From Candidatus Thorarchaeota archaeon (lineage in GTDB: Archaea > Asgardarchaeota > Thorarchaeia > Thorarchaeales > Thorarchaeaceae): a stretch of DNA of 64,000 nucleotides. The stretch covers positions 32,001 to 96,000 of the forward strand of contig JAWOEX010000013.1 in the NCBI GenBank assembly GCA_046482545.1, written 5' to 3'. Positions 20,273-28,946 of this stretch are shown one piece after another. The notes below the pieces were generated by a model that made no database searches, was not told the origin of the DNA, and was given only the letters and a program-made list of their open reading frames with translations. Numbering within the stretch: position 1 is the first letter of the stretch; the number at the start of each line of letters is the position of its first letter. Made by a program: the position numbers and the translations under genes.

Positions 20273-20433
20273 TGTTTGTCAGTGGCAACTTTCTTTACTT
20301 TGATATAGGTACTGAGTTCAATTGATGCTTCTACATCTTCCTTCCTGAGAAGAATCATATTACAATAAGCAAGACAAATAAAGGGTCCGCCCAATCAATT
20401 CCATACGTTCACAGTTCAATAGGGTGAAATTTA

Positions 20434-20751
20434 ATGGCAGACAAAGCGGAAAACGCAAGAACCTTCGGCAAGCTTCTCGCGGATGCTTGGGAAAACACGC
20501 CCAGTTTCATCTGCAGCAATGATGACTATGCATACTGCTTGTATCCCGCCGACAAGAACAAGGAGAAATGGATTGAGGGGTCTCTCACGTTTCCGGATGG
20601 ATTCTTTGATAAGAAGGAAATTACCCCCCAAAAAGCTATTGCCCTGCTGATTGAGGAACTCAAGGTTCTCCCATCTTATGGTGCGGAAACCATAGTCAAC
20701 ACAAAGGCCAAATTCGACAATCTTGTGGCTAGACTTGCAGAGCTCGCCTGA
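20434..20751 (+). CDS. hypothetical protein
   Basis: GGTGA RBS, clean 105-aa ORF. Confidence 0.7.
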   Translation: MADKAENARTFGKLLADAWENTPSFICSNDDYAYCLYPADKNKEKWIEGSLTFPDGFFDKKEITPQKAIALLIEELKVLPSYGAETIVNTKAKFDNLVARLAELA

Positions 20752-20804
20752 TTCCCCATCGGATTTCCTCTTATGCTACCAATCCTCCAGACGGAGGTTC
20801 GTGG

Positions 20805-21431
20805 TTGATTGATTACGTAAAAGTCCTTTCGGGTATGAATGAGAACTCTCGGGAGGCATTGCTTTCTAGGGCTGAGAGGATTGTACTGAATCGTGAGCTT
20901 GATAGATTGACAGAAGAAATTGTGGCGACTAGACAGGCCCTCCAGCTGGAAAATGCTGACAAACAATTCCTTGCTGATAGAGCTAAAGAGCTTGGTGATA
21001 GACTCAAACATATCAAGAACAGGCAAAGAGAATTGGAGCATACGACTGGCGAGATACTTCTTGAAAAGATGATTAAAAGTACGAAACGAATGCATAACAA
21101 TCGACCGAAATTACCCGGTGTATTCTCATCCCTGAAGGATTCTAGCCCGCTGAAGACTAATGGCTTCGGTAAGATGGATCCATCTGAACTTGATGTGGAG
21201 CTAGCCAAAGAAACTGATTGTATGAAGGGCTGCATAGAGTCTCTGAAAGATGCCGCTCAGAAGTTAGCGAAACAAGAAGTACAGCTACGTGCAAAATACG
21301 ACATCGGTGACATCTCACGTTCTCGCTTTCTCACTGCACACTCTGAGATCCGGAGAAATCTCGCAATTCTAAAAATCTCTGAAGAAATACTTGACCAACT
21401 TGCATGCCAAGCCGAGGATGTGCTGGAGTAA
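20805..21431 (+). CDS. hypothetical coiled-coil protein
   Basis: GGAGG RBS, heptad-rich 208-aa ORF. Confidence 0.65.
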   Translation: MIDYVKVLSGMNENSREALLSRAERIVLNRELDRLTEEIVATRQALQLENADKQFLADRAKELGDRLKHIKNRQRELEHTTGEILLEKMIKSTKRMHNNRPKLPGVFSSLKDSSPLKTNGFGKMDPSELDVELAKETDCMKGCIESLKDAAQKLAKQEVQLRAKYDIGDISRSRFLTAHSEIRRNLAILKISEEILDQLACQAEDVLE

Positions 21432-21659
21432 TGCAAGAGATATACCTCTCCTGCCATTGTGGCCAAGGAGAATGATGGCTGATCGCTTACTACCTGTTAT
21501 CACCTGGAATAGATATGGCCAAAAATTAATGCACTTCAAATTTATCAAAGATTGTGACCATTATGCGAACCTAGAACAGAGCTGTTTTCTTTCCGAAGTG
21601 CCAGTCCCACAATGCCTATAAGCACCGTGCTGGAAAGACGACAAAGATGGTGAAGAGAC

Positions 21660-21785
21660 GTGCTGGATAAGGTTCGCCCGGAAATGAGGGCTATAATCTA
21701 TTTCATGGTCGCTCTATCACTCATAGGGATAGGGTTACTACTCGGGCAGAAGGCTTTCGCACTCGAATTCTTAGCCCCTCCGTGA
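21660..21785 (+). CDS. small single-pass membrane protein (41 aa; absent from ORF track)
   Basis: GGTGA RBS, GTG start, MLDKVRPEMRAIIYFMVALSLIGIGLLLGQKAFALEFLAPP. Confidence 0.55.
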   Translation: MLDKVRPEMRAIIYFMVALSLIGIGLLLGQKAFALEFLAPP

Positions 21786-21811
21786 AGTACTAATTCTCCG
21801 AGAGGATTTGA

Positions 21812-22792
21812 TTGTCCCGCCTTGATGATATCGTGGACACGCTACTTTCATTTGATGGTATTTCCCGAAAATTTGTGCTTCCAAGTATAATCAGTCGTCT
21901 TCGAAAATCATCTTACAACGGTGATTTTCCTCATGCTCTAGGTGAGGACTCAGCAGCAATAGAGACTAGTTGTGACGAGTATATTCTCTTAACAACGGAC
22001 GCCATAGTTGAAAAGATGTGCCTCCATCACCCGCGAGCAGCTGGCTTCAACGCTATTCTGGCAAATGTGATGGATATCTATGCAGCGGGAGGTATACCCA
22101 CATCACTCGCTGTAGCCTTGTCTTATTCCGATGAGGAAGTGGGCGAGGAGTTACTTGAGGGGCTTATTGACGGATCCCATAAGTTCAGGATTCCCCTTGT
22201 CCGCGGTCACACGAACTCACAATCTCAGTCAACCTACGTTGTTGGCTCTGCTACGGGAACAGTCGAGAAATCGAATCTGTTGACAGCTGGAGGTGCAAGC
22301 TCCGGAGATTACTTGGTTTTGCTTTTCGATAGGAATGGCAAGATTGGGGAACACTACAAGCTGGGCTGGGATTCAGTAACTGAACAAGATTCGGAAGCGG
22401 TTATTCAGCGTTTATCTACTATGAATGAACTAGCGGAGCTCCGTTTGGTACACGCCTCTAAGGACGTTTCAACTGCTGGACTGATTGGTACTGCAGGCAT
22501 GCTCCTCGAATATTCCGGTAAAGGTGGATACATCGACCTAGATGCAATAGAAGCAGAGATTCCAAATACAGTCTCTCTTGAGGACTGGTTGCGTATGTAC
22601 ATCTCACTAGGCTTTCTAGTAGCAGTACCCCCCGAGAAACATTCCCAGTTATCAAGTATTGGGACGAGACACGGCATGGCGCAGATAGTCGTGGGGCGTG
22701 TTGATGACTCTGAGTCGCTTAGGCTACAATTGGGTGAAGCGGAAAAGCCGATTTTCGATTTCTCACATGGGCCTGTCCTCACTCCAAAATAA
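21812..22792 (+). CDS. AIR synthase-related (PurM/SelD/HypE superfamily; methanogenesis-marker-2-like) protein
   Basis: GEDSAAI, ANVMDIYAAGG, GHT, SKDVS..G. Confidence 0.85.
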   Translation: MSRLDDIVDTLLSFDGISRKFVLPSIISRLRKSSYNGDFPHALGEDSAAIETSCDEYILLTTDAIVEKMCLHHPRAAGFNAILANVMDIYAAGGIPTSLAVALSYSDEEVGEELLEGLIDGSHKFRIPLVRGHTNSQSQSTYVVGSATGTVEKSNLLTAGGASSGDYLVLLFDRNGKIGEHYKLGWDSVTEQDSEAVIQRLSTMNELAELRLVHASKDVSTAGLIGTAGMLLEYSGKGGYIDLDAIEAEIPNTVSLEDWLRMYISLGFLVAVPPEKHSQLSSIGTRHGMAQIVVGRVDDSESLRLQLGEAEKPIFDFSHGPVLTPK

Positions 22793-22900
22793 TCAGCTTT
22801 CAGAGAATGAATCAGTTCTCTATTTCTCAAAGAGCCAATGTCTGCCAAAGCGGAAATCATTATAATATCGCTTGAGTTTCGTCACTCAGATGTGACAAGT

Positions 22901-23113
22901 TTGGCTGATAAGACATGCAGCATTGTGGGTTGCGACAAGCCTGTCAAGCGATCCTTTCCGACTAAGAGGATCGCCAACAGCATAAGGAAGGCAGGCCTAC
23001 AGATGGAGGCCTCGCGCTATAGGCGCACATATCTATGCCGGAAACATTGGAAAATTGTCAAAAAAGAATATAAGAAGAAGCGCGATGTTGAGCGTCTTCG
23101 ATGGGGGCCCTAG
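22901..23113 (+). CDS. small basic zinc-binding protein
   Basis: CSIVGC...YLCRKH motif, Lys/Arg-rich; TTG start at 22901. Confidence 0.7.
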   Translation: MADKTCSIVGCDKPVKRSFPTKRIANSIRKAGLQMEASRYRRTYLCRKHWKIVKKEYKKKRDVERLRWGP

Positions 23114-23177
23114 TTCACAGTAGCTCTATTTAATACCGGTGACATTCCAACATAGGCTGCCCTAGGAGGCGTGTTTC

Positions 23178-23534
23178 TTGCCTGCAAGTGAAGAAGTCCT
23201 TACTAAGGTTTCACCTGAATGGAAGCTCTGGCTGGAATATGATGGAGAATACATATTTGGCCCTGGCGCATACGCGATTCTTGAGAGCATAGACGAAGAA
23301 GGTACGATAACAGCTGGTGCTGCTGCTCTGGATATGTCATACCGGTATGCATGGGGCGTAGTAAGAGACATCGAGAAAAAACTTGGTGTCAAGATACTTG
23401 ATACTTATCGAGGGGGGGCAGTAGGCGGAGGCGGTGCAAAATTAACTCAAGAAGGCCGCAAGCTCATGGATTTATTCGCCACCGTAAGTGGCAAATTGGA
23501 ATCTGCTACTGCGGATTTCCAAAATAACCCGTAA
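23178..23534 (+). CDS. ModE-type winged-helix transcriptional regulator (N-terminal domain only)
   Basis: FGPG...GTI..GA..LDMSYRYAW...GGGAKLT. Confidence 0.9.
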   Translation: MPASEEVLTKVSPEWKLWLEYDGEYIFGPGAYAILESIDEEGTITAGAAALDMSYRYAWGVVRDIEKKLGVKILDTYRGGAVGGGGAKLTQEGRKLMDLFATVSGKLESATADFQNNP

Positions 23535-23636
23535 CTCATTCATCAAAAGATTATGTTCCGCTCCTGTATTCTATTGCATACATACTTGAGCAGAGCCGCT
23601 TGTACTGGCTCTGCCTTTGCAAATACAAGCTAGCTT

Positions 23637-24689
23637 TCACAGGAATCTTATCTGGATTGCATCATTTGGACAATGACTCTTACATTCGAGACACATAATG
23701 CAATCGGGGCTGTGCATGTGTTGATACGGGAAACTGCGAATTCGGATATTCATAGGACAAACATCTTCGCATACGGTACAAGTATCAGGAGTACAGCGTG
23801 CGGGATTTCTTCCTATTCCAATGAGGGCGTCTCTGGAGAAGACACCGTACAGCCATCCTGCTGGGCAGAGCCATCTGCAGAACCAGCGTGGGAACCAGTA
23901 TGAAATCGCAAGAATAATACCTATGAATACAACCTGCAGCCAGAACACAGGTTCCCATGTTAAGAGAAGCCAGAACTCGTCAAATCCAGTTGGCCATGTT
24001 TGTTCTGGGAAAATGACAAACAAGATATATGCCGGATTAAGAGGGTCGAAGGCTGCCTTTGCGAATGGTCCTAGAACTCGGACCAAGTTCTCTTCATTTC
24101 CTTGTATTCTACTGATTCCTACCCACGCGACCAAAAACATCACTATGACAAATATGTACGCCTTAATTTGTCTAAGTTCCTTCTCTGAGCCTTGCGAGGG
24201 TTGAATTTTTGTCCTATTTGGCAAGGTTACGAAATCTTGGATGGTCCCAATTGGGCATATCCATCCGCATGGTGTCCTGCCTATTACTATCAGAACAAGA
24301 ATCATGGCCCCAATTGTGAAGAATGGAAAAGCACCATTTGTAAACACCTTTTGCATAACATCGAATGACCCCGCAATCATTGCAAAAGGCGCCTCAAGAG
24401 GGGCGATTATCGGCAAAGTAGGCAGAATTTCGTGAAAACTGCTCCAGAACTGGACAATCTGGTCTTGCCCAAACCATGCACTGAAAACATAGGCATTGAT
24501 TCCCAGTAGGAACAGAATCTGTACCAGCCGGCGAAGCATTCTGACATTTATGACACGCCCAATTAAGTCGCGGGCATCGAAACCCTTGGAAGAATCATCG
24601 GAGGCGAATTCCTGTTTTGAAGGTGCTCCGTCTTCCTGAGATTCGTCTGGTTTGTCGACCTCATCGGCATTGTCTGCCATGGCATTCAT
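23637..24689 (-). CDS. NapH/FixG/YccM-like membrane 4Fe-4S protein
   Basis: CGWICPIG and CRWLCPAG motifs, TM helices, C-terminal ferredoxin motifs. Confidence 0.88.
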   Translation of the reverse strand: MNAMADNADEVDKPDESQEDGAPSKQEFASDDSSKGFDARDLIGRVINVRMLRRLVQILFLLGINAYVFSAWFGQDQIVQFWSSFHEILPTLPIIAPLEAPFAMIAGSFDVMQKVFTNGAFPFFTIGAMILVLIVIGRTPCGWICPIGTIQDFVTLPNRTKIQPSQGSEKELRQIKAYIFVIVMFLVAWVGISRIQGNEENLVRVLGPFAKAAFDPLNPAYILFVIFPEQTWPTGFDEFWLLLTWEPVFWLQVVFIGIILAISYWFPRWFCRWLCPAGWLYGVFSRDALIGIGRNPARCTPDTCTVCEDVCPMNIRIRSFPYQHMHSPDCIMCLECKSHCPNDAIQIRFL

Positions 24690-24786
24690 TCCTCAACTGG
24701 AACAATCTTGGCGGCGTCAACCTGAGTTGACGTTAAAAGGATTATGTTGAAAACGTCTCCTATACCTGAAGAAGAATGCCACGTGA

Positions 24787-25197
24787 TTACTCTTCAGAAT
24801 TAAAGCTGAGTTGAATTACTTCATCAACAATTCTGATGGTGAGTGTGTAGTATCCTTCCCCTTCCAGACCTGATGATACCAGATTGTGGCTGTAGGTGTC
24901 TGGCCATGAACCAACTACCTCTCCATCTTGTGAATAAGTGATGGTCAGTCTATTCCCGTCAATTTGCATCTCACAACCCTGTGGCACATTTACACCTACC
25001 ACTGTTGTGTTTGCCAAACCTGTATCAACTTGTTCTGTTGCATTATGTATTTGGATGGCGGTCTGTTGTGCTATTTCGAAGTGGGACGCGCTAGCCATAA
25101 GATTAATCGCATGCATCAACAGAGGTACTCCGACAATAACCGCACTTGATAGCCCAACCGCAATGAGCATCATCTTTTCTAGCGATCTGGAAACCAT
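24787..25197 (-). CDS. hypothetical secreted/pilin-like protein
   Basis: N-terminal MVSRSLE followed by a hydrophobic helix and a beta-rich domain. Confidence 0.55.
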   Translation of the reverse strand: MVSRSLEKMMLIAVGLSSAVIVGVPLLMHAINLMASASHFEIAQQTAIQIHNATEQVDTGLANTTVVGVNVPQGCEMQIDGNRLTITYSQDGEVVGSWPDTYSHNLVSSGLEGEGYYTLTIRIVDEVIQLSFNSEE

Positions 25198-25336
25198 ACC
25201 CTGCTGTGTGTATTTTCCCCAATAAACCACCCGCAATAGGGAAATGTAAGAAGCATACCACGGGCATTGGTTCAACTTTCAGCTTTTGTGATAATATTTT
25301 AACGGGGAACACCACTAATTCTTTCGGAGTACGACC

Positions 25337-26731
25337 TTGAAACGCCCGATTCCCGTACATGTGGGACTTATAGGCCACATAGATCATGGCAAGACAGAGC
25401 TGGCGAAACGTCTCAGCGAGAAGGCATTCACGGCCGGGCATGACAAACACCCCCAGTCAAAAGAGAGAGGTATCACGATTGATTTGGGTTTCAGTATGTT
25501 CTCCTCAGACCAATACCTCGTGACCCTTGTGGATGCTCCAGGTCATGCTGATTTGATTCAGAGTGTGGTAGCTGGTGCCAGTATCATGGATGCCGCTATT
25601 CTTACGGTGGCAGCTGATGAGGGCCCTCAGATTCAGACCGTTGAACACATAACGGTTCTCAAGGCGATGGGTATAGAGAAACTGCTCGTTGCTATCACCA
25701 AGGTTGACCTTACTGAGGGCGAAAGACTGAATCTAGTCCTGCAGCGGACCAAAGGTATGGTTGAGAGATTAAAGTTCGATATGGTAGACTACGTATCTGT
25801 ATCTGCTCGGACAGGTTTTGGAATTGAAAAACTACGGGGGAAACTATTGGCTTTCCTCGCTCCGCCTGACCGTCAGGAAGATGGCCCCCTTCGCATACCT
25901 GTAGACCACGCATTCCCTGTTACAGGACACGGGACCGTATTGACCGGTACCATTCTGAGGGGATCACTTTCCATAGGTGATACTGTGCAACTGGTGCCAG
26001 GGGGAGACCAAGGAAAAGTGCGTACGATTCAAACCTTTGGACAGGAACGGGATTCAGCAAGTGCGGGCGACCGAGTAGGTGTCAATATTCCTGCTCTTGA
26101 CCATGAGAACATTCAACGTGGGAACTACTTATGTACTCCCAATAGCTTGGAGACTTCGAACTCATTTCTGACTACGGTCGAGATTAATCCTCAGTACAAA
26201 GGTCGTATTACCTCAAGGATGATTCTGAATGCAACAATCGGGATGTCCAGCGTAACAGCCGAAATTATCCCTTTCCGAAAGGAGGGAGAACATAGAATTC
26301 CAATCGAAGAACCTGAGAAGCGCATATTCGAAGCTGTACTTCTCCTGAAACAGGATGTGCCTGCGGAGGTAGGCAATCGTGTTCTACTCATGCGGACCGA
26401 TATGCCTGTAACAAGCATGCGGATAGTAGGCTGTGGAAATATTGAGAGCCTGTCTACAACGGTAATCCTAGACCGAAAGAAAACAAGAAGCGGAAAAATC
26501 AGCAGAATACGAGAAGATGATGTGCTGGTGGAAGGTTTAGCTACGAACAAGCAGCAAGCAAGGATTCTGAAGGGGCGCATCATCCAAGCTGACAACGGAG
26601 CAAGAGGTGAGCTTGTGGACTCCTTTGGAACTCGTGGTGTACTGGTTGCCAGATTCAATCAAGAAATCGAACTCGGAGAGAAAGTCGTTTTGGAGGACTA
26701 CATTGAGGAGGAATATCATTTTGGCAGATGA
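25337..26731 (+). CDS. selB: selenocysteine-specific elongation factor (archaeal SelB/eEFSec type)
   Basis: GHIDHGKT, ERGITIDLGF, DAPGHA; adjacent to SepSecS and tRNA-Sec. Confidence 0.95.
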   Translation: MKRPIPVHVGLIGHIDHGKTELAKRLSEKAFTAGHDKHPQSKERGITIDLGFSMFSSDQYLVTLVDAPGHADLIQSVVAGASIMDAAILTVAADEGPQIQTVEHITVLKAMGIEKLLVAITKVDLTEGERLNLVLQRTKGMVERLKFDMVDYVSVSARTGFGIEKLRGKLLAFLAPPDRQEDGPLRIPVDHAFPVTGHGTVLTGTILRGSLSIGDTVQLVPGGDQGKVRTIQTFGQERDSASAGDRVGVNIPALDHENIQRGNYLCTPNSLETSNSFLTTVEINPQYKGRITSRMILNATIGMSSVTAEIIPFRKEGEHRIPIEEPEKRIFEAVLLLKQDVPAEVGNRVLLMRTDMPVTSMRIVGCGNIESLSTTVILDRKKTRSGKISRIREDDVLVEGLATNKQQARILKGRIIQADNGARGELVDSFGTRGVLVARFNQEIELGEKVVLEDYIEEEYHFGR

Positions 26732-28052
26732 GCCCATTGACAAATTTGAAGAGCTTATACCTGAGAGCATGAGAGCACGGGGACGCATTACAGTCGATGC
26801 ATTACTTTCGCCTGTTCGTGATGTAATAAATCGCAGAGGATTTCCGAAAGAACCGCTCTCTGACGAACAGGTTGAGTTATTATTACATCTCCTTTCCTCC
26901 ATGGATACGGACAAGGACCCGGAGGCAGCCAGAGTGGGGGAACGGGAGGGGCGAACCGCAAGTCCGTTGATAGAACGGTTAGCGGCAGGTTTCAACCATG
27001 GAATTGGTCGCAGTGGTCATCTGACAGATCCTCAACCAAAGGCTCCAGGAGCTTCCACAATGCAGCGAATAACCAATTCTGTGGCCCTAGACGCTATCCG
27101 CAAGCTGGGTCTACCCAACGTTCGTGCCGGCTTAGTTACGCCTCTTTCGACCGGCATGACATTGGCATTGGTATTTGGAGCGCTGCGAAGGGAAGAAGGG
27201 GTACGAATACTCATCTATCCCCGAATCGACCATACATCACCTGACCGCGCAATCCAGTTTGCCGGACTGACGAAGATTCCAATATCTACTATTCTGGATG
27301 GAGATGCGGTTCTTCCGGATATGAACGAGTTCGAGAAACAGTTGCACGATGTAGAAGATGCCGCTGTTTTGGCAACAACTACCTTCTTTCCCCCACGTGA
27401 ATCAGATCCCGTCAAACCAATAGCAAAGCTTTGCCAAGAAGAGCAGGTTCCATTGGTCATTAACAATGCTTACGGCGTTCAATCTGAACGCATTATGGGT
27501 GAGATACGTTCTGCAATTGATGCTGGGAGGGTGGATGCCGTTGTACAGAGCAGCGATAAGAATTTCTTGGCACCAGTTGGCGGTTCAATTCTGGTATCCC
27601 CTCGAGATGATATGATTGAACAAGCTGCCGAGACTTACGCCGGACGAGCAACAGCCGCACCTGTCGTACAGACATTAGCTGCGCTACTAGTTCTCGGAGT
27701 CAATGGATATACTGAGCTACGTCAGGCACAGGTACAGAATCTTGATTTCCTAGAGGACGAGATGGCTACCATAGCAGATTCTGTTGATGAACGTCTGCTA
27801 TCGGTTTGGAATCCTGTTGCTTGTGCAATGACCCTAGACGGGTTTGATTCAAAAGAGATTGGAGGTCACCTCTATAACAGAAGAGTCACCGGCCCGCGAG
27901 CTGTTCCTAAGAGCGGGAAGGGCTCGTCAATAAATGATTACCCACATAGCTACTTGGTGATGAATGCAGCAATCGGGGCGAGCCGTAGAGACGTTGAGCA
28001 AGCCACCAGCAGACTATATAAGGAATTAACCGAATGGTTAAAGAAGCGTTGA
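26721..28052 (+). CDS. spcS: O-phosphoseryl-tRNA(Sec) selenium transferase (SepSecS); TTG start at 26721
   Basis: GEREGR, HGIGRSG..QPKAPG, NNAYG, VQSSDKN, YAGRA; GAGGAGG RBS. Confidence 0.96.
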   Translation: MADEPIDKFEELIPESMRARGRITVDALLSPVRDVINRRGFPKEPLSDEQVELLLHLLSSMDTDKDPEAARVGEREGRTASPLIERLAAGFNHGIGRSGHLTDPQPKAPGASTMQRITNSVALDAIRKLGLPNVRAGLVTPLSTGMTLALVFGALRREEGVRILIYPRIDHTSPDRAIQFAGLTKIPISTILDGDAVLPDMNEFEKQLHDVEDAAVLATTTFFPPRESDPVKPIAKLCQEEQVPLVINNAYGVQSERIMGEIRSAIDAGRVDAVVQSSDKNFLAPVGGSILVSPRDDMIEQAAETYAGRATAAPVVQTLAALLVLGVNGYTELRQAQVQNLDFLEDEMATIADSVDERLLSVWNPVACAMTLDGFDSKEIGGHLYNRRVTGPRAVPKSGKGSSINDYPHSYLVMNAAIGASRRDVEQATSRLYKELTEWLKKR

Positions 28053-28068
28053 TAGAGGTCTTTTCTGT

Positions 28069-28719
28069 ATGGAAGACTTAGAGAACCAACCCAAGGCCAA
28101 GCGAACCATCAGCTACGACCGCCCACAATCCTCGACGATTTTCCGCATTAGTTGGTACGCTATCGGCCGGAAACCCGGGGTAATGCTGAACGAGTACAGC
28201 GAAGGAGAGGGAAAGATGTTCAAGGGCAAGGCCATGTTTATGGTTCCCTTAGATGACACCAAGACGCAAGTTCGTTTATGGGTCGAGGAGGCCCAGCGGT
28301 CTATCGAACTGACCGCTTGGGGAACAGATGAGGGAATGCTAACGGATTACTTGGATGATGTTGTTTCTAGGCTGGAAACTTACATTGCCAAGTACCTTGA
28401 ATTATCTGACGAAGATCGACAGAAGGTTCGCAGGGCACTGGTTGCAAAGACATGCTGGGACCGCATAATACATCAAATTCTGAATAAGGCCCCACTGAGT
28501 TCCATTTACGTTCAGATAGCGCACGGCCGAGAAATGATGATTAAAGCGACTGAAGGCGAAGAGATTCGTCCGTTAGCTTTGACTACAAGCGGATGGTTGA
28601 CGAAAATCGAAGACCTACCTCATGATGAAGTGCCACCATCGGATATTGCGGAAAACATTGCCAAGAAATCAATAGAATGGAAAAAGGAAACCCATGAGGT
28701 CATAGGTCACTATCTCTAG
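28069..28719 (+). CDS. hypothetical protein within the Sec cluster
   Basis: GAGG RBS, 216-aa ORF between SepSecS and tRNA-Sec. Confidence 0.75.
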   Translation: MEDLENQPKAKRTISYDRPQSSTIFRISWYAIGRKPGVMLNEYSEGEGKMFKGKAMFMVPLDDTKTQVRLWVEEAQRSIELTAWGTDEGMLTDYLDDVVSRLETYIAKYLELSDEDRQKVRRALVAKTCWDRIIHQILNKAPLSSIYVQIAHGREMMIKATEGEEIRPLALTTSGWLTKIEDLPHDEVPPSDIAENIAKKSIEWKKETHEVIGHYL

Positions 28720-28818
28720 ATGTTTCCGTTTACCAACTCAGTGCATTTCAAAGGATGTCTGTTCCTACCCGGAAACTTAAGTCACAAATGTATGTAGATT
28801 TTATATTGTCTTATTCAT

Positions 28819-28909
28819 GGCCTCCTCTAGGGTTGGTGGTCCGACCCCATGGGCTTCAAACCCATGATGGCACAAGCCATAAGTGTTCGATTCACTGAGG
28901 GGGCCGCCA
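28819..28909 (+). tRNA. selC: tRNA-Sec (UCA), 9/4 fold, encoded CCA
   Basis: 9-bp acceptor GGCCTCCTC/GAGGGGGCC; 7-bp D stem GGGTTGG/CCGACCC; 6-bp anticodon stem CATGGG/CCCATG with loop CTTCAAA; variable arm TGGC/GCCA; 4-bp T stem AGTG/CACT; G discriminator. Confidence 0.97.
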
Positions 28910-28946
28910 ATCTCATGCCTGATAGGCGAAGCAGAAGAAGACTATT

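Noticed and set aside
21812-22792. Selenophosphate synthetase SelD
   Set aside because: Same superfamily, but it lacks the N-terminal Cys/Sec-x-x-Lys catalytic motif; selD is not in this window.
26607-26720. N-terminal extension of SepSecS; likewise the extensions predicted for uS3, uL24, Rpo12 and the M24 peptidase
   Set aside because: These overlap upstream genes or element flanks, and better starts with RBSs or matching family N-termini lie downstream.
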